A stretch of 59,549 nt of DNA, filler included, from Circinaria calcarea (lineage: Eukaryota): the NCBI GenBank assembly GCA_051942165.1. It is 4 parts of 4 records of this genome, joined end to end, with 100 filler letters (N's around TTAATTAATTAA, not from the genome) between each part and the next. Parts side by side here need not be neighbours in the genome. Positions count along the whole stretch, not along the records: positions 44,796 to 59,549 come from JAVECS010000407.1; 3 more parts are not named here. One strand, given 5' to 3'. The translations under genes were made by a program, and so were the position numbers. Below the pieces are notes generated by a model. That model saw only the letters and a program-made list of their open reading frames with translations. It was not told the DNA's origin and did not search any database. How positions within the stretch are numbered: the first letter of the stretch is position 1; each line of letters opens with the position of its first letter. Shown piece after piece: positions 47,756 through 59,549 of this stretch.

Positions 47756-48097
47756 GGTGTTGTTATGTGTTGTCAGTATGTGATAGTAATATTGTTACAC
47801 TGTGTGCAAGGTGAAAGGTCGAGAATCAAGAAGGCAATTGCCGATTCATCAGAATATTTCTAAAACTGCTTCTATCATGGAAGGTGCCCCGTGATCCTTA
47901 CCAAACAGGGTTCTTACCAACTCGAAGGAGCCTTCTGAGAAGGTAAACGACACTCCAGTAACCGTATCCTTCTTATTTCAAATCCTATACAAGTCGCGGG
48001 GTACTTCTTTGTTCGCCGTCACTCACGGTCAGCCGTAACTTTGCTTTTTTCATACACCGCAAAAGCACACACTAAAAGTGGGCATTGAGAAATCTTC

Positions 48098-50115
48098 CTA
48101 ACCGGCTTCGCGGTGTACTTGTCCGGGGTAAGGACCACCGGTCTGAGGAAATGCAGCATATCTTTCTTGGGACCTCATGTGATCCACTTGTAATACAGTC
48201 TGACCTAGCGTGCGGTTATCTGCTGTAATGTACTCAGGAAATGCAGATGTCGTTGTCATAATAGGCGGGACAGAAGGGTTTGTTGAATGGAGAGGAGGAA
48301 GAAGGTTTGAGAAAGGAGCCTGAACCGAGTGGTGACGCTGCTGCGGCACTCTCGCACTCTGGTCTATTACCTGGCCCTGCTGTGGATACTGATAGTAGGT
48401 TTCGCGAGTAGATGATGCCCTCTGCCTAGTGCCTGATGGTACGAAAGACCCCTCTTCCTGCCCCGGCAATCCTGTGTATGGACGTGCAAAGTCAGACTGT
48501 AACTGGTCGCCGGGATTGAATTGAGAATTGTTCGAACGCGTGTAGTCCGTTTGTGATTGATCGACAGGTACGTATTGAGAGTGAATGGATAAGGGCTGCG
48601 CGAGACGTGACACCTGCGATGGGATCGCGGCTGATAATTGAGAAGGTAGGTAGCCTTGTGAGGGATATCTCATCGGCTGTTGGTAGGAGTTGCTTTGTGT
48701 AGGAGCGTAGCTGGGCATCTGCGAGCTCGGAGATACAAACGGTGAAGATGTTGACGATGAGTCAGGCGGCGGATAACGAAAACTGAATTCTGGCATTATG
48801 CTAGGGGACGAAAGGGGGGCTTGGTAAGCTGCGCTGTGGCTTAACAACGGAGGGTTCTGCGTAGGGTACGTAGTATATGGACCTGGCTGCTGCATGTAGC
48901 TACGCTGTGGGTACCGATGATCCTGGTCGTAGGAATCTCGACTACTCGCATTGGATATCCTGGGCCGTTTGTTCGATTCCTCGGAGTAGTCAGCGGAGTA
49001 TTCTACTGGCGTGGTGGTTCCAACTGGTCCTGATTGGGAATGATGTAGTTGTGCTGCATTCGGCATTCGATCTCGGGCAGCTGAATTGTAAGCATCGTTG
49101 ATGTCGTCTGATCTCAAGGTAGAGGAAGCCGGTCGCTTGCTATCGTTTTGTCATTAACACGTCTACCTTGAATAAGTGAAGATTACACTCACATCAAAGT
49201 ACGGGTCTCCTTCCTAATCCTCAAGCGTACTCCTTGATCGCCGAACGATCGCGAAAGAAAAGTAGATTCGGACATTCCAGGAAAGCTCTTAGCTGCGAAA
49301 ACTAAGGGAAAGTTAGTGGGTGCAATTTTCTATGGAAATTCTTGCTCTACCTACCGGTAAACGGCGAAGAAACAATGGATTTGATGTAGATGACCTCTGT
49401 CCTTAGAACTGGTCAGGTTCGATTTCTCAAAGAAGTAATAAAAAGTCATACTTCTTCATTTCGAATAGACTGAACCGCAAACGGAACTCGCCCTCGATCT
49501 TGATCGAGAGATCTCCAAAGACGAAAAACCCGCCATCTATGGGCGTTGGTTAGTCACACTACTTTTGCATGGCAAACCTCATGCCAGCTCACCTGTGTTG
49601 TCAATGTCCTTTAGTCTGTGTAGCGATGATACCAAAGTGCCAGCCAAGACAGACTGTGAAGTGGTCTGGGCTGCGCGTTCCTCATTCGCATTCCAAAGAT
49701 TGCAGCACATAAAATAATATGGGCTTTGCAAGTAGTTCCTGGCATTCTCAGCATCACATCCTATTGACGCTAGCTGGGGACTCACTGTGATGGATCCGCA
49801 GGGTTCCGGATCTGAAGCTGAATGATGGGAGGAGGGTCGACAGGCTTCCGATCTACGTTCAACGAGCAAATATGTAAGTCTGCAGGCCGGCTAAATTGGA
49901 GCAGAGACGCCTACCTTTCTCCTTGATCCCCGCCACGCGCGCCCTCTCAGGCCCTTGCCGGATACTAAGATCATAAGCTTCGCTAGGTGACAACATGGTC
50001 AGTCGAAGCCCTTTTAGGTCTCGTGTAGTAATCGAGTTTCTAGATGTGGGAACACGTCGAACCTAGGGAGTTCTGCTCGCGACGAGGATACTTCCGTGGG
50101 CGTAATGACACTCAT
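48098..50115 (-). CDS. vosA: Velvet-family regulator VosA (N-terminal velvet domain, Q/P/S-rich C-terminal region); multi-exon
   Basis: Spliced: [44 protein letters not shown]-frame exon [26 protein letters not shown]...[41 protein letters not shown]|...[28 protein letters not shown]; first intron 49983-50062. Confidence 0.9.
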
Positions 50116-53100
50116 CTGAGATCCCAACTCCACTCGTTGGTGTCAGCCCGAGGCTGAGTGTAGGGGAGACTGGAAGGGTCCGTATGACAGGATTTGTTTT
50201 CTCTGCTGAGCCAAAGGGCTTTGAGATGAGTTCTCGATTGGAATATACCGACTCGAGCACAGCCGAGGGCACCAGTTCCAGGCTGACCGGATTAGAAACA
50301 AATCTTCACCGACTGATCCAAGTTCATAGCCTTCGATTCGACGTGCTTAATCCTGGCGGCTGCCCACACACTCTCGTCGTTCAATGTCGATGCCCTGCAG
50401 GGTGTACCGAGGGGAATGGAAAGTCCTCTTGAATCCCAAGGTCCCGGATGGCAGCTTCGTCCCTTGGATGGAGAGGATGGGTAGAGCCGTGGTTTAAGTC
50501 AATTCTCCTGTGTTCAGAAGCTTGTGATAGTCGGAGGGGCGAAGCTTAAATAGACTTAGATAGTGCCCGGCCGTAGGCGAACTTAGGTCTTCCCAATCGA
50601 TTCTTTTGCTCTCTGGTAATCCGCAGGCAGCGTCCAAACTCCCTCTCGCTAACGCCGCCAGTCTTTTGCAAAAGGGCGTGATGGCCGCCCAAACTGGCAA
50701 TTGCCTTGAAGATGCTTTCGATCAGACAATATCGCCTGGTCGAAATCGAGTCGATAGTGATTAGCTTCTTTTAGCCTTGAAGTAAGGACCTATCGATCGC
50801 CGTGGACTTAGTCACTCGCCATATGATAGGGCACGTTCTGTGCACAGTCGTAGCATTATCGGAAAGGCTGCTCACCTAGAAGCAAGCTCGGGTTCCTGAA
50901 TCTGAAGGTGGCAACTATCTTTCAGTTCGAATGTTGGCAGGGAGAGATCGATTCAACGACCCGAATGCGTTCCTGACAGCCGAGTGTTCCACGACTGCTT
51001 TCCGGAGATCCTCTGGGTACTGTGACCGTGCAAGCGAACCCGAAATCTACAAGTTCCAAGTATGCTTCCAAATATGCTTGGTTGCCCGCAGTCCGGACGG
51101 TCACCTTGAGCTTGCAAATTTGCGAATCAATCTGGGTGTCTGTACGTCAAGAGTTCATCGAGGACCGAGGCAAGAATTTATCTGAGGGGTGGAGGTCCAG
51201 AGCGATATCGAGGGCGCAGAAACAGAGAGTCGATGATTGCATGGGGTTTGCATCCAGACAGCTGCAAGAACCCACGAATCCAGCAGTGCACGACCAGGAT
51301 TCTATAAACGACAGGTCCGTGAGGACATATATAGCCTTGACTGCCGGAGGCGACGCGACGGTGGAGCTTGCATTATCCTTTGCCAATTTCCAGGTCGACG
51401 CCGAAGGTGAATGGCACATTGGCACTATATGATGGAGGATGCTCGATAGGCGGTGGCTACGGAATCGAATCTCATCAGCTCAATAATGAGGCTTGCTCCA
51501 TCGTCGTCATGGGCAAGTGGGAAGCGTATATTTTGGGGGGGGAGGGAGTGCGCAGGCAGATTGGGTGCGATGGCACAGACAGCAAACGACGAATTGGATC
51601 CCTGATGGTGCTCAACTTTATTCACGCTGGGCGATACAGGCGGGACCAGGGGCCCTGCAGCCTTCGCTTACACAGATACTCCGGTCATGGGGATTCCCCT
51701 AAGGGCTCGTCGGTCCGATCCTCTATCGACAACAATCTATCTCTACTCTGAAGACGAGCTTCTCACCGAACACCATCTCACTGCACCGCTGGGCTGAAGG
51801 CGATCGGGGCCAAAGTCACCGTGGAATCTTAAAGTCGAAGCCACGGTTGGCCTCCGTTAGTTAGCACCCAGGCCAGCCTGTTTGTTTCGAACAGCCGCAG
51901 ACTGCCGGCCACAGCTCCCATGCTCGCGTGGTGGAAAGGCCGATGGCTTGCGATACCTTGCAGATGGCGCCCTCCCATTCGCCCCCGTCGCAGCGAATTG
52001 AACATCGAGCATAGAAGCTTCTTCGCTACCACGTGCAGCACACCCAGCTCATCCACCACACCCAACTCACCCAATTGGCCCTCCTGTCTTCGTCAATACG
52101 TTGCACTGCAGTTTTGGACATTGTATTTCCGTGTAGACGCCGTGAAACCGGGTCATGCCAAGGGCGTTGTTCTCGCAGCTGCAACCCGCGAGTAAGACCG
52201 TATTGCCAAAGACTCGACAAGGCTGCGCTGCGCGCACAAGTACTGCCGACCGAACAAGCATAAAGCTTCCATTTACCGGTTTGGAGGTGTGGGCTAAATA
52301 TATCGGATCACCCAAGTAGGGTACGCGTACAAACGGCTGCATGGATTGCTGGCCACAGATCCCTGCTGCCATGCGATATCGTAATCTCATCCAGAACTGG
52401 GAAGTCCTGGTGCGCCTGGCCCTGAAAATCCCAGCCGGAAGCACCCCAAAGCCGTTATGGGATCTACCGTCACGACAGTCGCTCAGTTCCTGTGCAAAAG
52501 TCTACGTGATTATGCCCACCGTGGCCTGGTACCTAGCCACAATCATTCACCCACAAGCAAGGCCACGTTTACTATAGCTTTACTGACCTACAAGGTATCT
52601 AGAGTCAGCCCTGAATTGTGGCTGACGGAGAACCTCGCTTCCAATCCCTGTTTTGGGGGAGCGGACCGCCCGAGTGAGCGGCGTCGGCAGGATTCCGGGA
52701 ATCGCCATACTGTGTATTCACATCAAATCACCCGGCTAGCTGTACCCTTTTGCTGGCCTCTCCATCTGTACAACTCAGGTCGAAGTGGTAGCATCCATTG
52801 AGGAGATGTGGAGATGACTTCGGGTCGATTGCTGAGAACCACCAGACGGCAGAAACCTCATTCAATCCTCCAGGCCGCCACTTTCCCCTTAATCCTGCAC
52901 TTGGTCAAGATGGGACCATTATATACTCGTTCGATGGCCGACACTGGCCAGGCGCTGCAACTTTAGTCTCAAAGAGCAAAGGCGAAGCCTCACTTCCTCC
53001 CCGGGCATCTCCTCGCGATCGCTGTAGAAGCTTCAGCCCGACCACAGGCCCAAAGCGGACGAATGGCTTTGTCCCCTGGGCCTTCTCCCGCGTAGCATTG

Positions 53101-55818
53101 CAAGATCTTGGATGGCGCGTGTGAAAATGGCCGGGCAAAAAGTTCGGCAATGCACATCAACCATCGAGGGTACGGAATAATCCCGTAGGGGATGCGCATT
53201 AGGCATAGCCGGCCTCTTCGAGCCAAGCTTGCATGATGAGCGAGCATCCAAACGTGCCGCTTCGACCTGCCACACCTCGAATGCGTCCATGAATCCGAGA
53301 CAAAACAGGGACTGAGTACAGGCAAGGCGGTAAGCCACACGAGTTACACGTCGCAAGCTGCAGCTGCAGACTTCAGCTGCTGCACGGGCAGACGTATAGG
53401 TGAGGTACCTTAGGTAGGTCATAGAGCACAGCTACCACACAGCAGTACCACCACCGAGCATGGCTAGTAGCGACAACTGACCAAAATGCCCTAGATCAAG
53501 CAAGCACAGAGGAAGAGCCAGCCCCAGCGACCCCCATCCAACCATCGCTCTCGAGAGGGACTGCAAGGACAGCACATGCCTCCTTCCGAAACCGCCCCGA
53601 CGGTTTCAAGTCGCTGTACAGTATGCACCCACCCACCCGGACCATTTTTGGCTCGCAGTCGTGTGTCGCGCGCCCGGTGCCTTCGGACATGTCAACGATA
53701 GCATTGTGTAACCTGACCATCTGTCAGCCACGGGATTTCCCACGCGATCCTGCCACGACATTTTCTTTTGGCACTTTGCCGCGAGGAAGGCCCTTCCCTT
53801 ACTGCGTACCATGGCTCAACCGACCCGTTCGACCACCCGACCTTCCCTGCATCCCACGCGAAGGCCATGCAAGTCTGTCACTTCGGGTATGCACCCCCGA
53901 ACCAGGTTGCGCCAAGTCGCCTGCATCGAGCTGTCAATACCGCCTAATGCTGCCGTCTGTGGCCGCTCGCCTTCCCGTTGCAGCGTAGTAGTGCATCCTG
54001 AATGCAGAACCTGCGCCCCCGACTGGGATCGCTGTTTCGACGCGGCATCCTTTTTGGGCTGGAGATCGTAAGGTGTTGTATGCAGCCGGGTGAGGGTCGG
54101 TTCGTTCGAGACGCAAGGTGTCGTGCGCATCGATCATTCCGAACGAGTCTGGGGCCGTGGGCATTTGGCTGGTTAGTGGTTCATCCATAGGGTTCTGACC
54201 GTTTGACTTTTTGCTGTCCGGGCTCACTCGGGCTCGACCTGCAGGTTCATATTGCCTGCCCCTTCCATATCAAAACAGGTGAGTGTTTCCCGATTCCGGG
54301 TTCCACCGATGATGTGTTCAAGTAGGGCTTGACATCCACATCAAGCTGACCGGCCCCAATGTGATCACCAGATACACCTTTGCGTTAATTTGTCTGAACT
54401 CTCAGGGAGCTAAGTCGCATCATCGTCACAGAAGCCATATCAATCCATCGAATAGACGAAACCCACTTCCTCCTCCAAGCCCTCACTCGAAAGGAGCCTT
54501 TGGATGCGCCAATAGGCACCCTTCTATCTAAAGGATTACGACTCCAATAGCGTTAGCGGAAGCAGTTAAGGAGGCTACAGAGAAGTCATTGCTGATTAGA
54601 AATAGTTAAGCACGGTGAGTATCCTAGACGGATTGCCCGCAAACCCAAATTTGCACAGGGAGGAAAAACTTTGAGATCCATTCCTGATTAAGTACATCAT
54701 CTCCCCGCAAAAGGCCATCCAGGCGCCTTCATACAGATGATGCTCACGCTGAGCAGCGACTTGGCTCACCTGGCTCAGCCATAGAAAATTAAATCATCTC
54801 CCCGCCGCACGTCCCTCCACATTCCGCAAGGCACAAACGCCTTGATGACCTCCGACCTCGCTTCCAAATACCTAAATCATCTCGGCGGTTAAGCACTTTC
54901 GTCACCCTACCACTATCTTCCTACGTTATCGGTCCACACTGCAAGAGTGCCTGAACAACAAAGAAACAAGTCTACTTCAGGGGAGGACCAAGCAAAGAGG
55001 CAGTCGAATAATGCATGCACCACCTGCCTGTTGGTTAAGAAACTCCCTTACGTCTTACCCAGAACCGCCCAACTGCTATTACTTCTGTCAACGGTTCAAA
55101 TACGAGCCCTAGGATAGGGCTTTCCGATACAAGCTCCACCGAAGCCGGAATCTTGGCCAAGCCCCGGCGGTTCTTGTACGCGGCGGCAACAATCGATCCG
55201 GCATTGTGGAGATGAACCCAGTCAGACGATCTCTATCGCGCTCCTAGTCGATCCCAACAATGGACCTTGGTCAAGGACGTTCTCCACTTCTTTCAGCACC
55301 CCTCCAACAACCTTTGGATACCCGGGAAGCCCCCTTACGTTCAAGATTTCATCTCCACGAAACACGAGACCGCAAATTTAAGCTCCGCCAGATTTTCCCG
55401 CATACGATACCCATTTTTGTATATTTTCATTCATATTCCGTATTGCATTAGTCTATCTAGCGCTTTGAGAACAAATGACTTACTTATTGACATCCAAAAA
55501 GGTCAAACGCTCCCTTTTGCACAGGACAACTCCCAAGCCATTCTGACGATCAAAACCTTGCGGACTATGTTTCTCCGCCCCCCGTTCCCTTGGATCCACA
55601 TGATCGACCCATCTAGGCGAGATATCCTCTTCTCTACTACCAAGGCAAAGGAAAGGGTCTCTCTCCAGCACGTGAGAAGCTTCCCCCGTAACGGCTGTAG
55701 TGTTTAATGAAATTCCTCTGCCCTTGTATCATGTGAATGAATGATAATTCGAAAAATTGGAAGTTGTATAGTACCCCTCGTTCTGATGACTGAAACTACG
55801 AAGTTCGAATCTTTTCCC

Positions 55819-56211
55819 AAGCGCCGCCAGTAGTCTGGCCGTCCGGATTAGACTAGACTAACTAGACAGTTAACTTATAATGCAGACTAATAGTCCATAG
55901 TCTAATAGATTCGTGACCGACAGTCCAGTTCAGCCCCCTGCCTTATTCTATACCCTCATAAGGTGCTCAGTAGAATTCCCCTTCCACCTCCTTTTACCCC
56001 CTCGGGTTCACTATTGGCCGCGGCCGTTTACCCCCCCTGTATCTATTATTACCGAACGAACTGCAACTGGCAATCCACTCCCCGGACCGTGATTGGTAGT
56101 CAGTCCCCGTAGCGGTAGACCGTACTGCCGGTCACGATTCGCCCCTCCGGAACTGCCAAGCCCAGTCAGACTCGTGGGTCGCTGGACCGTTGGGGACTAC
56201 TGGCGGCACTG
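55819..56211. mobile_element. Candidate hAT-type MITE (~390 nt)
   Basis: Perfect 13-nt inverted repeat GCCGCCAGTAGTC (55823-55835) / GACTACTGGCGGC (56195-56207); the right end reads CAGTG- on the minus strand; interior rich in GACT/AGTC/GGAC short repeats; no clean 8-bp target-site duplication. Confidence 0.45.
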
Positions 56212-57197
56212 ACTTTTCTTTCCCAGGAAACTCCGGACGCTTGCTGGGACACTAGGAGCAGGCTCTTTCCTTAGGAAGCTTTCTTTCTTTCTTTCTTACT
56301 ATGCCGACTAGGCCTGACCCTGTCTTCTTCAAGGAAGCAAGGGTCCACGGCACGAGGAGGATGTTAATAAAGCCCACCAGCGTGCCTAGAGCTCGAAGAT
56401 TGGGTCTGGCTGGCCCAAGCTTGTGGATATAAAGCATCGACTGTAGATGAGACGGGGACGTTGTAGAGTGCTTTTCCTGCTCCGCCGGGGAAGGTGTCGT
56501 GTTTTCTGGATGTTTATACCTGGGGCTCCCCGCAATAGAACAATAAATCTATTTATGAACTCTGGTGCAATGAAAAGGTGACCTGATTCAGCATGAAATC
56601 CGGTAGAACGATGAGCCTATTCTCCAACATTCCCTCTTGCAACGTACTTCCTTACTACTTGCGGAAGAATGAACACGAGAGCCCGAAGATATTCTTTTTC
56701 AGGAGAAAAAGGAGAGCGAGATGTCGTTCGATACAAGAAACGTTGAGGGTCGGGGGCGCCGGATGATTTTGCAGGATGCTTGGCCATATTGAGCCGATAT
56801 CGTCTCTTTTGCTTGGAAGAAGTTTTAACATATCACCGCTGCCTAGCTAGCCATATGGTTTCAAGTTCGATTTTGGCTTCAACTCTTTTTGATGTCGGGG
56901 TACGGTGGCCAGACATCATTGTCAGATTTTGGCCAATGTGCGCGACAAGCGTAGCTAGTCCGCAGCGGAAGCGTAAAGACTAATAAGTCACAACTGCGCT
57001 AGGGCGATCATCTTGAAAACAGGTCTCTCCACAAGAGAGTAGAATTGGCAAGCTCAGCGTTACAAATATCCGAACCGCTAACGAGTTTTAGCCATCGGCC
57101 TCGCACTCACTTCACTTGGGTGCTAATTGTTTTTCTCGAGGTACGTACCACATTTGGCTCAGTCTGGTCTAAAATAGAAAGCGTGCAATGTAGAGTT

Positions 57198-59081
57198 TCA
57201 GCTTTGGCTTGGCCTGCACATTGCATGTAAAGGCTCAATGACACCCTTAATAATCCCTCTAGACAGGGCCTCATCTTCCCAAGTCGGATTCACAGGTATC
57301 CTGTCAAAAAGAAGCCTGATACAGCGTGCAGCCACTTCAAAATAAGACGGTATCAAAGACATCTCCGACGCTTCAAGCCACCGGTACGCGAACGAGAGTC
57401 GGGTGTAATAATCATCATTCGGAGGCAGGCAAGGGTACTGCGCTTCGAAAGCCGTTTCGTGCCAAAGCTCGAGTAGCATAATACCGAGTTCTAGCATGAC
57501 GGTTTTAGGGTTTACGGGCGGCTGGGAGTTGTGTCTGGGCGTTTTGTTCTCGAATGTCTCGGAGATCAGGGGACGGGTAATGTCGATCTCAGCAGGATTC
57601 GGTGACGGATTGGGGACTGCCTCGGGGCAATCCGCGGACATACTGGTCCCTTGACCAAAGGATAACTGAGAGGCAGAGGCTGGCACCAGGAAGTAAATGG
57701 TATCTTTTGACCACAGCTTACCGAACCACGGGGTAGCCCTCAGCTGCAGCAGCGTAGATGCCAAAACAGATGCAAGCAGTATCCGTGGTTTGAAGGGCAT
57801 TTTTCCTGATCGGTCTTGTGCGGCCGATGAGGCGGACAATAATGTTTTAAGACTGACAGTCTGAACGAGCGACTGAGACACTGAGGCCGCTCCCGGAGGA
57901 TCTCCAGAATACGCCATGTGATCGCAATGGAGTCTCTGCTGATTGTGCAGGTAGAGACGAAGCAGCCTCTGCTCCCGTTTCGCCTTTGCAATTGACAAAC
58001 AGATATCCTGTATCTCTGTGGTTGATTGTTTGGCAGAGGACGACTCCATGGGAAAGGAAAAGGTTACCCGTTGTTCGTTGATTCCTTGGGGCACCCTTGA
58101 GGTCAATGCCCGATACTCCTCAAAACCGTCTTCCACAACCTCGACCTCGCTTTCGCACCACATTATCTCGGGGCCGACAGGAAGCTCTGAAGCGAATATA
58201 ACTTTAAAGCGTATACAAGGCTTGCAACGTTTGGTGGGATACGTCGGAGGTTTTGGCTCACCAGTGCGGTCTTCAAGGTATAATTTGACATCGTGTGTAG
58301 AATGACAGCCAGGGACCCACCCTCGAACGATGGCGGTATATAACTGGTTGGCGTAGTCCCGTACCCGATTCAAAGTACCTGCAAGCTTCTTGAATGTCTT
58401 GGGTGATGTGCTTGTATCCACCTGCCGGATTGCATTTCCAGCGTCCAGTAGCCGACCAATTAGGTTGGCCACGGCATCAAGTTTGGCAATGTGCTCGTCT
58501 ATCTCACTCTTACCAAGAGCCAATTTGATTCCCTTACGGTATCGAACCTCTATATCATGAGAGCTTTTGACTGTGATTGCTGCTAGAATATTGAGATCGG
58601 ACTAGAGATATAATAGATATTAACCTCTGCAACACTGGGCATATCAATTGCTTTGGAGTCTCCAATTGCCTCAGATACGAGAAGCGCCCAGAGATCAACT
58701 TACTTGGTCAACGGGTAGGAAACCTTTGATACCTATTGCAATGCTCTGTATGACTTCTTGTGCCTGATATACCGCATTCTGGAAGGCCTCCGAACCTTTT
58801 ACACCTAGAAACTCCTCCATCCTCTCGATGGTTTCGGCATCCTGGATCAAGTGTGGGATGTCGCTGCGGGTATGGTGTGCTTCGTATATCGCGACGGCCT
58901 TGAGCAACCGTATTAAGCTAAGTTCGAGAATAGCATCGTAACCTTGCAGAGCGCGTGCCAGCGACTCAATATGCCTCTTCCTATTCAATACCTGGCTGGT
59001 AAAGTCCTTTCCGCTTTTGTAGCATCGCAAGGCGACGATGGCCAGCGGTACAGCTCCGAGGACCAAACCTGCTACCTCCAT
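57198..59081 (-). CDS. Protein with a HeLo-like N-terminus and a DUF7580-like (kinase C-lobe-like) C-terminal domain; 2 exons (59081-58704, 58601-57198)
   Basis: MEVAGLVLGAVPLAIVAL..Y N-terminal helix; intron 58602-58703 (GTAAGT...TAG) joins in frame; RILLASVLASTLLQLRATPW...WSKDTIYF...MLELGIMLLELW. Confidence 0.8.
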
Positions 59082-59293
59082 CTGGTGAAAGAAATGTTTT
59101 GGAATTTCCGACCAGAATATTTCGAAAGACCATCTCAACAGTGCAAGATCTTAGTAAACTATGTACCGGGCTAGATCCCCGGGGGGGGGGATGCACTGCG
59201 ATCTCAGCTGCAGCCAAAACACCTCCGATTGGCTTATTTCTTCAGAAGTTGGTGACCCACCTTGTGCCAGGTAATCCTGAACAATGAAACGAC

Positions 59294-59549
59294 ATGACTG
59301 ATCAGAACGAGCATAGTCTGGCCCTCATAGGCAAAGATATCAAACTTCTCTTTGACGCTCTCAAGCAAGCATATGATCACCTATCCTCCTCATGTCCAGA
59401 CTTCTCCCCTGCATCCTGGCAACATGAATCACAGCGTTTCAGCATTTGGGCTGATAACCTAGGTCTTCATCACAGAGGGCATAGTTCGCTCGATTACCGT
59501 CTGCGAGAAGCGAGTGCTCTTGAGAATTACATTCTGAGTCTCTTGAACG
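59294..59549 (+). CDS. 5' end of a gene with an RF.IWA.NLG...GHSSLDYRLR helical N-terminal domain (AcuF-like / HeLo-related); runs off the window
   Basis: Not in the ORF track. ATG 59294 is open to the window end: MTDQNEHSLALIGKDIKLLFDALKQAY...ESQRFSIWADNLGLHHRGHSSLDYRLREASALENYILSLLN. Confidence 0.8.
   Translation, partial: MTDQNEHSLALIGKDIKLLFDALKQAYDHLSSSCPDFSPASWQHESQRFSIWADNLGLHHRGHSSLDYRLREASALENYILSLLN

Noticed and set aside
50413..54825. AbaA-type CATTCY sites upstream of vosA
   Set aside because: About four sites in 5 kb is the chance expectation.

Overview
Filamentous ascomycete (Pezizomycotina) genomic DNA with short GT-AG introns, CTRAC branch sites and RIP-type C>T decay. The window is not one locus. 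It is four contigs (14843, 14840, 14812 and at least 14754 nt, in decreasing size) joined by identical artificial 100-nt N/TTAATTAATTAA linkers, so adjacency across the gaps is meaningless. Contig 1 (1-14843) is accessory DNA: a 33-aa-repeat protein, an intact PD-(D/E)xK-type nuclease gene, a C2H2 repeat protein, a tiny SMP/LEA-like gene, several pseudogenes and a decayed Ty1/copia fragment. Contig 2 holds an amidohydrolase/decarboxylase gene between two related LTR sequences, then a MATH/pseudo-USP/MORN/RING gene, alpha-tubulin, a PGA1-like gene, a small F-box gene and an Old Yellow Enzyme. Contig 3 holds a ~10-kb accessory island (multidomain patatin-like phospholipase plus decayed genes) between core genes, including prefoldin 4 and an amino-acid permease. 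Contig 4 holds an aldo-keto reductase, a membrane protein, the velvet regulator vosA with a long gene-free upstream region, a MITE-like element and a head-to-head pair of HeLo-like genes. The best leads are a ~110-150-nt conserved non-coding motif found in two unrelated contigs (3063-3174 and 29124-29277), the HeLo-like gene pair, the LTR-bracketed decarboxylase and the patatin island. All family names come from motif recognition by eye, not database searches.
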